DNA of 18,709 nucleotides from Candidatus Caldarchaeales archaeon (GCA_032249095.1 JAVVGN010000036.1:1-18709); one strand, 5' to 3'; counted from the first letter of the stretch, positions 7,913-14,961 are shown. The notes: generated from the letters alone by a model not told the origin. Program-made: numbers and translations.

Positions 7913-8380
7913 ATGAGGGTTCGGATGACCCTCGGGCTCACGGACAGGCCAGGATCCCTCTTAGCGGCACTAGAGAGCATAGCGGTTAACGGTGGGAACA
8001 TCATATCGATCGTCCACAGCAGGGATAGGATAACCGGCGGATACGTGCCTGTGAGCATATCTGTGGAGTTTCCGAGCCACGAGAGCGTAGAGGGTGCTAG
8101 ACGTGGGATAGAGGAGCGTGGTATACCTGTTTTAAGCCTAGAGTCGCTTGAGAGGCGTATAGAGACGATGATGGTGCTGGGCTACCTGCCTGTCGAGGAG
8201 CTGAGAAGCGCCTTTAGGGGGCGTGGAGAAGTGATCAGCCTTACAGTTGGAGGCGGCAGCGTGGCCCCCTACATGCGGGTCGTTTTCAGCGTGGGAGTAG
8301 ACGACCGCCAACGGCTACTACAGGACCTCGGCCTCCTAGCCTCGGAAAAGGGTTGCCTCCTGGTGCTGGAGGAGAGTTGA
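7913..8380 (+). CDS. ACT-domain-containing protein
   Basis: The N-terminus MRVRMTLGLTDRPGSLLAALESIAVNGGNIISI is a typical ACT-fold opening (beta-alpha with a GxL loop). The gene lies directly upstream of homoserine dehydrogenase and overlaps it, an arrangement common in archaea. Confidence 0.75.
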   Translation: MRVRMTLGLTDRPGSLLAALESIAVNGGNIISIVHSRDRITGGYVPVSISVEFPSHESVEGARRGIEERGIPVLSLESLERRIETMMVLGYLPVEELRSAFRGRGEVISLTVGGGSVAPYMRVVFSVGVDDRQRLLQDLGLLASEKGCLLVLEES

Positions 8381-9351
8381 AGCGCCTGATCATCGTGGGG
8401 TATGGATTCCTCGGGAAGAGGCTTGCGCGGGTCCTAGAAAAATATGGACGAGAAGAGCTGCTTCTGGCAGGAGTTGCAAACTCGCGGGGATACGTCTACA
8501 GTGATCAGGGCTTAAGGCCCGGCGAGCTTGAGGATGACCTCTCGAGGCACGCCAAGTTTAGGGAGAAACCACCTATCGAGATGGTTGAGAACTCTGATGC
8601 AGACATCGCCGTAGTCCTCACACCCACTAACATAAGGACAGGCGAACCCGGCGTCACCTATATCCGCACTGCACTAGCCCGGGGCATGGATGTCGTCACA
8701 GCGGACAAGGGGCCGCTCGTCATTGCCTTTAAGGAGCTGGTCTCCGAGGCCGAGTCTAGGAGGCTCTACCTATGCTACGAAGCTACAGTGGGCGGGGGGA
8801 TACCTATCTTCTCACTGGCGAGGCAATACTTTCGGCGGGATAAGATCCTCAGTATACGAGGAATATTGAACGGGACGACAAACTATATTCTCAGCAGGAT
8901 GCATTTTGAGGGCCTACCACTCGATCTGGCTCTCGTTGAGGCCCAGCGGCTCGGACTCGCCGAGAGAGACCCTACACTGGACCTTGAGGGGATTGATACT
9001 GCATGCAAGATCGTCATACTAGCCAACGCTCTTATGGGGATGGATAAGAGACTCAGCGACGTCAAGGTCGCCGGGATAACGCGGATAACATCGGAGGCCA
9101 TGATGGCGGCGAAGGAGATGGGCATGACCATAAAGCTGATCGGCCGGATCGAGGAGGGCGAGCTGACTGTGGCACCGAGGCTCGTAAAGCTGAACCACCC
9201 CCTCTGCGTCCACGGCACCCTAAACGCGATCCAGTTCCGCGCTAGCCTCATGGGCGAGCTGACCCTTATAGGCGAGGGCGCGGGGGCCTCCACGCTCGCC
9301 TCGCTGGTCTCCGACATAGACTGGATCTTGAGGATGAGGGAGGAACTTTAG
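8377..9351 (+). CDS. hom: Homoserine dehydrogenase
   Basis: The N-terminus has an NAD-binding motif (IIVGYGFLGKRLA). The hallmark ILNGTTNYILSRM motif and a DP..DL.G.D...K block are also present. TTG at 8377 gives a TTGA start/stop overlap with the ACT gene, although the ORF-track start is 8353. Confidence 0.9.
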   Translation: MKRLIIVGYGFLGKRLARVLEKYGREELLLAGVANSRGYVYSDQGLRPGELEDDLSRHAKFREKPPIEMVENSDADIAVVLTPTNIRTGEPGVTYIRTALARGMDVVTADKGPLVIAFKELVSEAESRRLYLCYEATVGGGIPIFSLARQYFRRDKILSIRGILNGTTNYILSRMHFEGLPLDLALVEAQRLGLAERDPTLDLEGIDTACKIVILANALMGMDKRLSDVKVAGITRITSEAMMAAKEMGMTIKLIGRIEEGELTVAPRLVKLNHPLCVHGTLNAIQFRASLMGELTLIGEGAGASTLASLVSDIDWILRMREEL

Positions 9352-10136
9352 GGTAGGCCGTTCAGAACGCCCAAAGCGCGTAGATATAGTACTAGCACCT
9401 CGAACGCTATTGTCACAAGCATGACGGCGTAATCAGTCCTCCTCATGCGAAGCTCCCTATAGGAGGTTCTCTTTTGCGATGCTCCGAAGCACTTCACCTC
9501 GAGCGCCTCAGCCATCTCGTAGGCTCGCCTCAGCGAGTTTATTAGGAGCGGCGTGAATATGCTTACGACTCCCCTCAGAATCCTTATCGGGTTCCTACCC
9601 TCCAACTCTCTCCCCCGCGACCTCTGCGCATCAACTATGTCCTGCACTTCTTCTGCGAGTATGGGAGCCAGTCGGACCGCAGCCACAAACACGAAAGCAT
9701 AAGTGTAGGGAACCCGCAACTTGAACAGTAGGAGCCCGAACTCGTCGGGTGAAGTCGTTAGAAAGAAGAGGGAGAAAGAAGTTATAAAGGCCAGGAAACG
9801 CGCCGAGGAAGCGGTGGCCCTGTAGAGCTGCTCCTCCAGAGGAATACCCTCGGCCCACCCTCCCAGGCTGTTCAGCACATACACTATTGCTATGAGCGGG
9901 ATAGCGCCCCTCATCGTCATTAGAAGTGACCGGTGAGACTTGGCAATGGAGAGTAATGAGAGCTGGGAGGCCACTATGATGGAGGCTACGGTGCCCATGC
10001 CGCAGAAGTACTCATTGAAGAGAAGCGCGTTGATGAGGAAAGAGGCCGAGATTAAGAGCTTTACCCTTGGGTCTAGCCTGTGGATAGCGGTGTCGAGACT
10101 CCTATATCTGAGGCCTGCAACTATCGAGAAGCTCAC
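9348..10136 (-). CDS. ecfT: Energy-coupling factor (ECF) transporter transmembrane component EcfT (CbiQ family)
   Basis: The protein is hydrophobic and multi-pass, begins with RLDPRVKLL and contains the conserved A.RLAP....E......AQRSRG coupling-helix motif. GTG at 10136 gives a GTGA overlap with the upstream ATPase stop, although the ORF-track start is 10232. The stop overlaps the convergent hom stop (TTAG). Confidence 0.85.
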   Translation of the reverse strand: MSFSIVAGLRYRSLDTAIHRLDPRVKLLISASFLINALLFNEYFCGMGTVASIIVASQLSLLSIAKSHRSLLMTMRGAIPLIAIVYVLNSLGGWAEGIPLEEQLYRATASSARFLAFITSFSLFFLTTSPDEFGLLLFKLRVPYTYAFVFVAAVRLAPILAEEVQDIVDAQRSRGRELEGRNPIRILRGVVSIFTPLLINSLRRAYEMAEALEVKCFGASQKRTSYRELRMRRTDYAVMLVTIAFEVLVLYLRALGVLNGLP

Positions 10137-10984
10137 CGCACCCCACCCCTGAGCCTCGGAAGGACCTCCCTCCTCAAGGCACATACAGCGTCTTCGACCC
10201 TCAGGAGCCGGTGCTCCACCTCCACTCCGCACCTCCTATTCAGTTCGAGGAAGAGGGAGGGTATCTGGGGAACGAGTAGCGACGCCTTTTCAAGTAGAGC
10301 ACGGTCGGTCAGTATCTCGCGGGCTTCGCCCTCGGCGACGACACGTCCCTGGCTCATCAAAACGACCCTAGGCTCTAGGTCTGCTACAAACTCCACGTCG
10401 TGGGTTGAGAGAATGATGGAGCGTCCCTCGCCCATGATCGTCTCGATCGTCTGGAGTAGCCTCTGCTTCCCCTCCCTGTCCTGCCCGCTGGTCGGCTCGT
10501 CTATCACCAGATATTTGGGAGACCACGCCATGACTACGGCTATCGTAAGCCTCTTCTTCTCTCCGCCACTGAGGATAAAGGGGGACTTGTCGCGCAGGCT
10601 CCACAGGTCGAGTCTCTCTAATACTTCGCGGCATCTCTCCCGGGCCTCTTCCTCGCTGTAGCCGAACATTGTGAGACCGTACATCACCTCCTCCATGACT
10701 GATGTACAGAAGAACATGGAGTCTGGGTTCTGGAAGACAAGACCCACCTTCCTCGCAAGCGTCGCGGTCGTCGTCTCCCTCGTGTCCACAGAGTCGACTT
10801 TTACACTTCCCCTGCTAGGCTTGAGGAGTCCGTTTAAGTGTTTGAGGAGGGTTGTCTTGCCGGCCCCGTTCTCCCCCATTATTGCCACGACCTCGCCCTC
10901 TTCTATGCGAAAGTTGACACCCTTGAGCGCTGTTACGCCGCTCGCATAGGTGTACCAGACGTCTTCTACCTCGATCAGCTCTCC
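10133..10984 (-). CDS. ecfA: ECF/ABC transporter ATPase module 2 (EcfA'), with no canonical start codon
   Basis: The module has Walker A GENGAGKTT, signature LSGGEKKR and Walker B LVIDEPTSGQD. The first beta-strand, ELIEVEDVWYTY, begins two codons after the in-frame TGA that ends module 1. No ATG, GTG or TTG lies in frame before the Walker A region. The ORF-track start at 10888 would delete the N-terminal strands. Confidence 0.75.
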   Translation of the reverse strand, partial: GELIEVEDVWYTYASGVTALKGVNFRIEEGEVVAIMGENGAGKTTLLKHLNGLLKPSRGSVKVDSVDTRETTTATLARKVGLVFQNPDSMFFCTSVMEEVMYGLTMFGYSEEEARERCREVLERLDLWSLRDKSPFILSGGEKKRLTIAVVMAWSPKYLVIDEPTSGQDREGKQRLLQTIETIMGEGRSIILSTHDVEFVADLEPRVVLMSQGRVVAEGEAREILTDRALLEKASLLVPQIPSLFLELNRRCGVEVEHRLLRVEDAVCALRREVLPRLRGGVR

Positions 10985-11818
10985 TCACCCCAGTATGAGC
11001 GTGGCGAGCTCATCAACGGATACTGGTGCCCTGCCCCCTCTGCAAAGCTTCAGGGAGTGTGCTAGCCTCGCAACCTTCGGCGTCTCCACACTCTCCTCCC
11101 CTGTCTCAAGCAGCTCGTGGACGACCTCGCGCGGCTCGCCGCTAGCCAGAATTTTCCCATCAGCCATTACAACGAGCCTGGTGGCCTCGCTTAGGATCAG
11201 GTCTAGCCTATGCTCCGATATGATTATCGTGATTCCCTCACTCCTCCTGATCTCGGCCAGCTCCTCTATGAGCTTCTTAGCGGTCAGGCCGTCGAGGGAG
11301 GCGGTCGGCTCGTCAAGGATCAGGACTTTTGGCTCCATAGCGAGGACGGACGCTATCGCGATCCTCTGCTTCTGCCCACCCGAAAGTTCGAATGGCGAGC
11401 GCCTCCTCAAATCCTCCACCCCCATAACTCTTAGCGCTTTCTCAATCCTCGCACTGATCTCCTCTCTGCCGAGCCCAAGGTTCTCGAGCGGAAAAGCGAT
11501 GTCGTCCTCAACTGTCAGTGCGAAGAGCTGGTTATCCGGGTTCTGGAACACGAGGCCCACAAGCTGGGCCATCCGGTGGACCGGGGTGGAGGCAGGGTTG
11601 AGGCCCTTAACGAGAACCCTGCCCTCATACTGCCCCGGATACATCTGTGGAATCAGGCCTATGATGCACTTGAATAGCGTGGATTTGCCGCAGCCCGTCG
11701 GCCCCGCCAGCACTACAAACTCTCCCTCCTCGATGCTGAGCGAGACGTCTCTGATGGCCCACCGCTCGGAGCTTGCATACCTGAACGACAGGCTCTCTAT
11801 CCTGACCGCCTCACTCAT
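10985..11818 (-). CDS. ecfA: ECF/ABC transporter ATPase module 1 (EcfA)
   Basis: The N-terminus is MSEAVRIESLSFRY. The module has Walker A GPTGCGKST, signature LSGGQKQR and Walker B LILDEPT. ATG at 11818 overlaps the DHH gene stop (ATGAGTGA), although the ORF-track start is 11884. Confidence 0.88.
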   Translation of the reverse strand: MSEAVRIESLSFRYASSERWAIRDVSLSIEEGEFVVLAGPTGCGKSTLFKCIIGLIPQMYPGQYEGRVLVKGLNPASTPVHRMAQLVGLVFQNPDNQLFALTVEDDIAFPLENLGLGREEISARIEKALRVMGVEDLRRRSPFELSGGQKQRIAIASVLAMEPKVLILDEPTASLDGLTAKKLIEELAEIRRSEGITIIISEHRLDLILSEATRLVVMADGKILASGEPREVVHELLETGEESVETPKVARLAHSLKLCRGGRAPVSVDELATLILG

Positions 11819-12812
11819 CCGAAACCCTCGCAAGATGCTCGCCGAGAAGGTACGCCAAGTGGTTAACGCATCGCGTAAGCACATCCTCGACTTGCCCCGG
11901 AACTCTCAGTTTCGCCGCCGAGGCGTGCCCACCCCCGCTACCGTTAAGCAGGGTGGCAAGAGGTTCAGCCACGTCCCTAACCAAGTTGATGCCGAGCTGG
12001 TCCGCAATCTCGGGTGTCTGTCTAAAAGTTACCTCGACGTATCCATCAGACTCGTCAGCAACCATCGCTATATGGGCGCCGACCATGATCAGGGCTCTTG
12101 CAACTGATGGCTTGAAGGCGCTGACCCGCGTGGTGGCTAGGACTATGTCGCCGCATCTGTAGAATTCCGCACGACTCACACCCTTTATCCTAGCAATCCT
12201 CTCAGAATAGTCAAGCGGTGTCTCGAGTCTGTTTAGAAGCCCCCTCGCAGCTGCGCCGTACCCCGCCAGTATCCCAACCTTCCTCAGCGTCTCGCCGTCT
12301 GCGACGGTGAGGCGCACCGTGTCGAAGTATATTCCAACAAGGAGGGCGGAGGCTTCTTTGGGCGAAAGAGGATAACGCAGATGCTCGGCCAGCTCAAGGA
12401 TGATCTCGGAGGTGGATTGGTAGGCAGGCGAGCTGTAGACGCGACCCCTGAAGTTTTCACGCGAAGCCTCGTGATGATCAACCACCACCAGCCTTCCATC
12501 GTCCACGTCGCGGAATGGTCCAAGCTGCGTTGGCGAGCCTGTGTCCACGGCTACATAAAGATCAGCCTCTGGAAGCTCGGTGGATAGGCTGACTCCGAGC
12601 ATCGAGGCCACTCTATCCGCATTATCGCTGATGTATGAGGGGACAGCGACTCCGGCGACGCTTGCTGAGAGCCACCCGAGAATGTTGGAGAGGACATAGC
12701 TCGAGGCGACAGCATCAGGATCCCCTCCAATGTGCAGCAGTAGGGCTACGCGGCTGCCGCCGACCCCCCTGAATTCCTGGGCAAGCTGTTCCGCGAGAGA
12801 TGGGTCTCTCAT
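11811..12812 (-). CDS. DHH-family phosphoesterase (NrnA/RecJ-like, DHH + DHHA1 domains)
   Basis: The DHH motifs appear in order: HIGGDPDAVAS, VAVDTGS and VVVDHHE. The DHHA1 motif GGGHASAAK lies near the C-terminus. Confidence 0.85.
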   Translation of the reverse strand: MRDPSLAEQLAQEFRGVGGSRVALLLHIGGDPDAVASSYVLSNILGWLSASVAGVAVPSYISDNADRVASMLGVSLSTELPEADLYVAVDTGSPTQLGPFRDVDDGRLVVVDHHEASRENFRGRVYSSPAYQSTSEIILELAEHLRYPLSPKEASALLVGIYFDTVRLTVADGETLRKVGILAGYGAAARGLLNRLETPLDYSERIARIKGVSRAEFYRCGDIVLATTRVSAFKPSVARALIMVGAHIAMVADESDGYVEVTFRQTPEIADQLGINLVRDVAEPLATLLNGSGGGHASAAKLRVPGQVEDVLTRCVNHLAYLLGEHLARVSDE

Positions 12813-12881
12813 TATTCCTTAATAGCCAGTTCCGCCGACCTCATAACCTTACTTGGCTTACATCAGGCCTTGTGGCATCTG

Positions 12882-13238
12882 TTAGGCGCGCCTCTGGCTC
12901 AGCAGGTTCTGGAGCTCCTTCTGCAGCTCCTCGATCTGAGAGCGCGTCCTCGCCTCCTGCTTCTCAATCACCTTCAGCCTCATGTCGTTAAGGTCCCTCT
13001 TCTCAGAGAGCTCGCTCACGATCCTCTCCTTGGGGACCTGAACCAGGATCGGGCCAACAGCCTTGTAGACCACCACGTCGTCGCTGCTCTTGCCGAGCTC
13101 CTCGAGCGCTTGGTTTATCTCCTCCAGCTCGGCCTGTAGCCTCTGCCTCTCGGCTATCATAACGTTCAGGGTCTGCTGGAGCTGCTGCAGTCGGGCGACT
13201 TGTTGCTGGATGCTCGGCGGAAGCTGCTCAGACGACAA
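12882..13238 (-). CDS. pfdB: Prefoldin beta subunit
   Basis: The 118-aa coiled-coil protein reads LPPSIQQQVARLQQLQQTL.....ER..L..EL.E...ALEEL......VYK.VG.ILV. This is the typical prefoldin beta layout and length. The start is TTG at 13238, with a CTTAATATC box (13273-13281, minus strand) about 35 nt upstream. Confidence 0.88.
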   Translation of the reverse strand: MSSEQLPPSIQQQVARLQQLQQTLNVMIAERQRLQAELEEINQALEELGKSSDDVVVYKAVGPILVQVPKERIVSELSEKRDLNDMRLKVIEKQEARTRSQIEELQKELQNLLSQRRA

Positions 13239-13498
13239 GCTTTATCGCACCAAGAGACAGTTACGGTGGATAGATATTAAGTTGTCTAAATCAGTCTGGC
13301 CTTGGAAATCCGTATAGTGTTGTCTGTCCTTTTCCCCTAAATATTACCTCGTTTCCCCATAGGTCTAGCTGTATAGGTATGTTTCCATGTTCTAGTCCCA
13401 ATATATGTCTTAGTTTAGACCTTTCCTTCTTTACTACTCCTATCTCCTTCTCTAAGCCCTTAATGTTTGTTAGGGTGTGGTAGATTTCTCTTGGTAGT

Positions 13499-13623
13499 AT
13501 TGGTCCGATAGTGTCCCGATAAGGGGTTTAAATACCCTCAAGGATAGATGTTTTCCAGATTTAGCGGTTTACAACACCCCCTCTAGCCATATAAACCCCT
13601 TATCCGGACACTACCATTGGTCC
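13499..13623. mobile_element. Nested MITE: 109-bp body with 28-bp terminal inverted repeats and an 8-bp target-site duplication
   Basis: The direct repeat ATTGGTCC occurs at 13499-13506 and 13616-13623. The left terminus GATAGTGTCCCGATAAGGGGTTTAAATA (13507-13534) matches the reverse complement of 13588-13615 at 24 of 28 positions. The homologous site in copy A (about 5676-5690) is uninterrupted, so it represents the empty site. Confidence 0.8.
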
Positions 13624-13634
13624 CTTTTGAGGTC

Positions 13635-13643
13635 TTTATATAT
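13635..13643 (+). promoter_or_regulatory. Strong TATA box (TTTATATAT) at the inner end of the conserved left arm
   Basis: The motif is a consensus-like archaeal TATA box and is conserved in copy A. It lies about 45 nt upstream of ATG 13686 and about 115 nt upstream of ATG 13755. Confidence 0.5.
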
Positions 13644-13685
13644 CCTGGCAATGGTTCTCTTGAGTGTAGTGAGGCCAGTTTGGTG

Positions 13686-14072
13686 ATGTCCCGGTTGTTG
13701 GGGCCACTACTCCTTATATGTGGGGCCGGTGGTGGTTCTTATCCGAAACGGGTGATGAGGATGGGGTTGGTGGTGACTGATTCGGGGATCGAGGTTGCGG
13801 TGGGGAGGGTTGTGAGCATTACTCCGACTCCGGACGGGGTCGTGATTGTGCAGAACGAGTGGGATGGGGGGCTGAGGACTTGGATGATACCCTCCATCGC
13901 GACGCTGAGGTGGCTTATACATGAGGCCACTGCTGGAGAGACGCCGCCGAGAATCTACCACCTACCACCACTCAACTCGATAGTCCTAGAGAGGGAGCAG
14001 GTGGAGAGGTTCCACATAGTTGCGAGGCCATACGAGATAAAGGCTCGGAACGAGGGGGTGCATGGATGTTGA
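13686..14072 (+). CDS. Small hypothetical protein whose 3' end overlaps the recombinase-like gene start
   Basis: The ORF ends at TGA 14070-14072, which overlaps the downstream start (ATGTTGA). I recognise no family. The ORF-track start at 13617 lies upstream of the TATA box and inside the MITE duplication, so it is unlikely. Candidate starts are ATG 13686 (128 aa, hydrophobic N-terminus) and ATG 13755 or 13761 (about 105 aa). Confidence 0.5.
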   Translation: MSRLLGPLLLICGAGGGSYPKRVMRMGLVVTDSGIEVAVGRVVSITPTPDGVVIVQNEWDGGLRTWMIPSIATLRWLIHEATAGETPPRIYHLPPLNSIVLEREQVERFHIVARPYEIKARNEGVHGC

Positions 14073-14899
14073 AGTTCTACGCAGACGTTCACAGGACTAA
14101 GAAGAATGGCGAGGGCTTCAGGATAACATACACTACTGACGGAACGACTTTCAAGCATATAGACAGCTTCAGTGAGATCCCGGCAAGGCCCGGAGACAAG
14201 CTATTCATGGATACACTGCCACCCCAATACACGGACGGCGCGATAGAACTACTAAGGCGGGGAGTAGAGGTCTATTATCTCAGGAGACTCACATTACTTA
14301 AGAAGATGCGTAGGGAGCATAAGTTGCCGAAGAGCGCCAGGGGAGACATAAGGGCATTGATGAGTATTGAGGAGAGGTGGTTCAGGAGGGTTACTGGGGA
14401 CTTCCTAGTCTTGAGGAGGATGATATTGGCCTATAGGTCTCTATTGAAGACTCATCAGCAACTACTAAATAAATACAGGGCTTTGTCTGAGGCTGAGAGG
14501 GAGGTTCTGAAGCCAGCAATCTCCTCTATCGAAAAACAGTTGGAGGAGATGGCGAAAAAGATAGACGAGGAGGCTGGTAAGAGGTATCCGGCCTATAATG
14601 TGCTTCTTGAGGGGCTGGGGATAGATGATGGTTTGGCTGGCAGGGAGGCTCTGGCAGAGCTGCTAACGTATGCCGATTTCGTCAATAGTTCTCTGAGGGG
14701 TTTGAAGAAGCTTTTAGGACTCTATAAACCGACTAGCTCGTCTAGAAGGGAGTATTGGAGGCTATATGATGGTAGGCTTCATCGGGCTGTCACTAGGCTG
14801 GCGATGACATACTACAAGAATAGACCGAACGGGAGACAATGTTGGGAGCTGGTGAAAAAGATCAGGCAACTAGTGGTGACTGCTCAGGCACCGGGATAG
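14066..14899 (+). CDS. Compact (277 aa) IS110-family-like recombinase: DEDD RuvC-like N-domain, coiled coil, Transposase_20-like C-domain
   Basis: Motifs resemble IS110 transposases by memory-based comparison only. FYADVH (D7) resembles hGIDVxK. KLFMDT...YTDGAIELLRRGVEVYYL (D49) resembles vvmEaTG.Y...la..L...G..v.vv. KLPKSARGDIRAL resembles KTDriDAraL. A heptad-rich linker follows. LLEGLGIDDGLAGREALAELLTYADFVNSSLRGLKKLLGLYKPTSSS resembles LlsIPGIG...a..LlAeig...rF.....l..ylGL.P....SG. That this is a real gene is likely; the family assignment needs an HMM search. Confidence 0.55.
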   Translation: MLKFYADVHRTKKNGEGFRITYTTDGTTFKHIDSFSEIPARPGDKLFMDTLPPQYTDGAIELLRRGVEVYYLRRLTLLKKMRREHKLPKSARGDIRALMSIEERWFRRVTGDFLVLRRMILAYRSLLKTHQQLLNKYRALSEAEREVLKPAISSIEKQLEEMAKKIDEEAGKRYPAYNVLLEGLGIDDGLAGREALAELLTYADFVNSSLRGLKKLLGLYKPTSSSRREYWRLYDGRLHRAVTRLAMTYYKNRPNGRQCWELVKKIRQLVVTAQAPG

Positions 14900-14961
14900 G
14901 CCCCCGGCAGCGAGGGGGAAAACCCCACAACTATACACACCGGGGGCTTAAGGCTTTTAAT

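Larger units (their letters stand above)
13315..13650 (+). repeat. Conserved non-coding left arm (copy B), inverted repeat of 5655-5866
   Basis: A hand alignment against the reverse complement of 5655-5866 shows near-identical blocks at 13315-13357 and 13411-13500. A perfect 39-mer lies at 13427-13465. The arm contains no ORF and is pyrimidine-rich on this strand. Confidence 0.85.

Noticed and set aside
10950-12107. A 385-aa plus-strand ORF, together with similar long antisense ORFs at 10080-10661, 15444-15839, 16365-16832 and 17565-18254.
   Set aside because: All lie antisense to genes with unmistakable conserved motifs (ABC ATPases, DHH, Rrp41, Rrp42, Rrp4, SBDS). Their translations are Ser/Pro/Arg/Leu-rich low-complexity sequence, which is typical of shadow frames in GC-rich DNA.
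13315-13500. A CRISPR leader or degenerate CRISPR array, considered because the stretch is low-complexity, AT-rich and repeated.
   Set aside because: No regularly spaced direct repeats of 24-37 nt occur anywhere in the window, and no cas genes are present.
13617-13685. The ORF-track TTG start at 13617 for the small ORF of the element.
   Set aside because: This start lies inside the MITE target-site duplication and upstream of the conserved TATA box at 13635-13643, so it would not be on the transcript. ATG 13686 or ATG 13755 are more plausible.
14915-14936. An imperfect terminal inverted repeat. GGGGGAAAACCCCACAACTA would pair with the left terminus TAGTGTTGTCTGTCCTTTTCCCC (13315-13337). Both are flanked by TA, implying a TA-duplicating TIR element that ends at about 14934.
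   Set aside because: Only TAGT and TTTTCCCC match, and their spacing differs. The match is short enough to be chance. It also conflicts with the colinear similarity blocks between copy A and 15004-15124. It is kept only as an alternative right boundary that empty-site data could settle.
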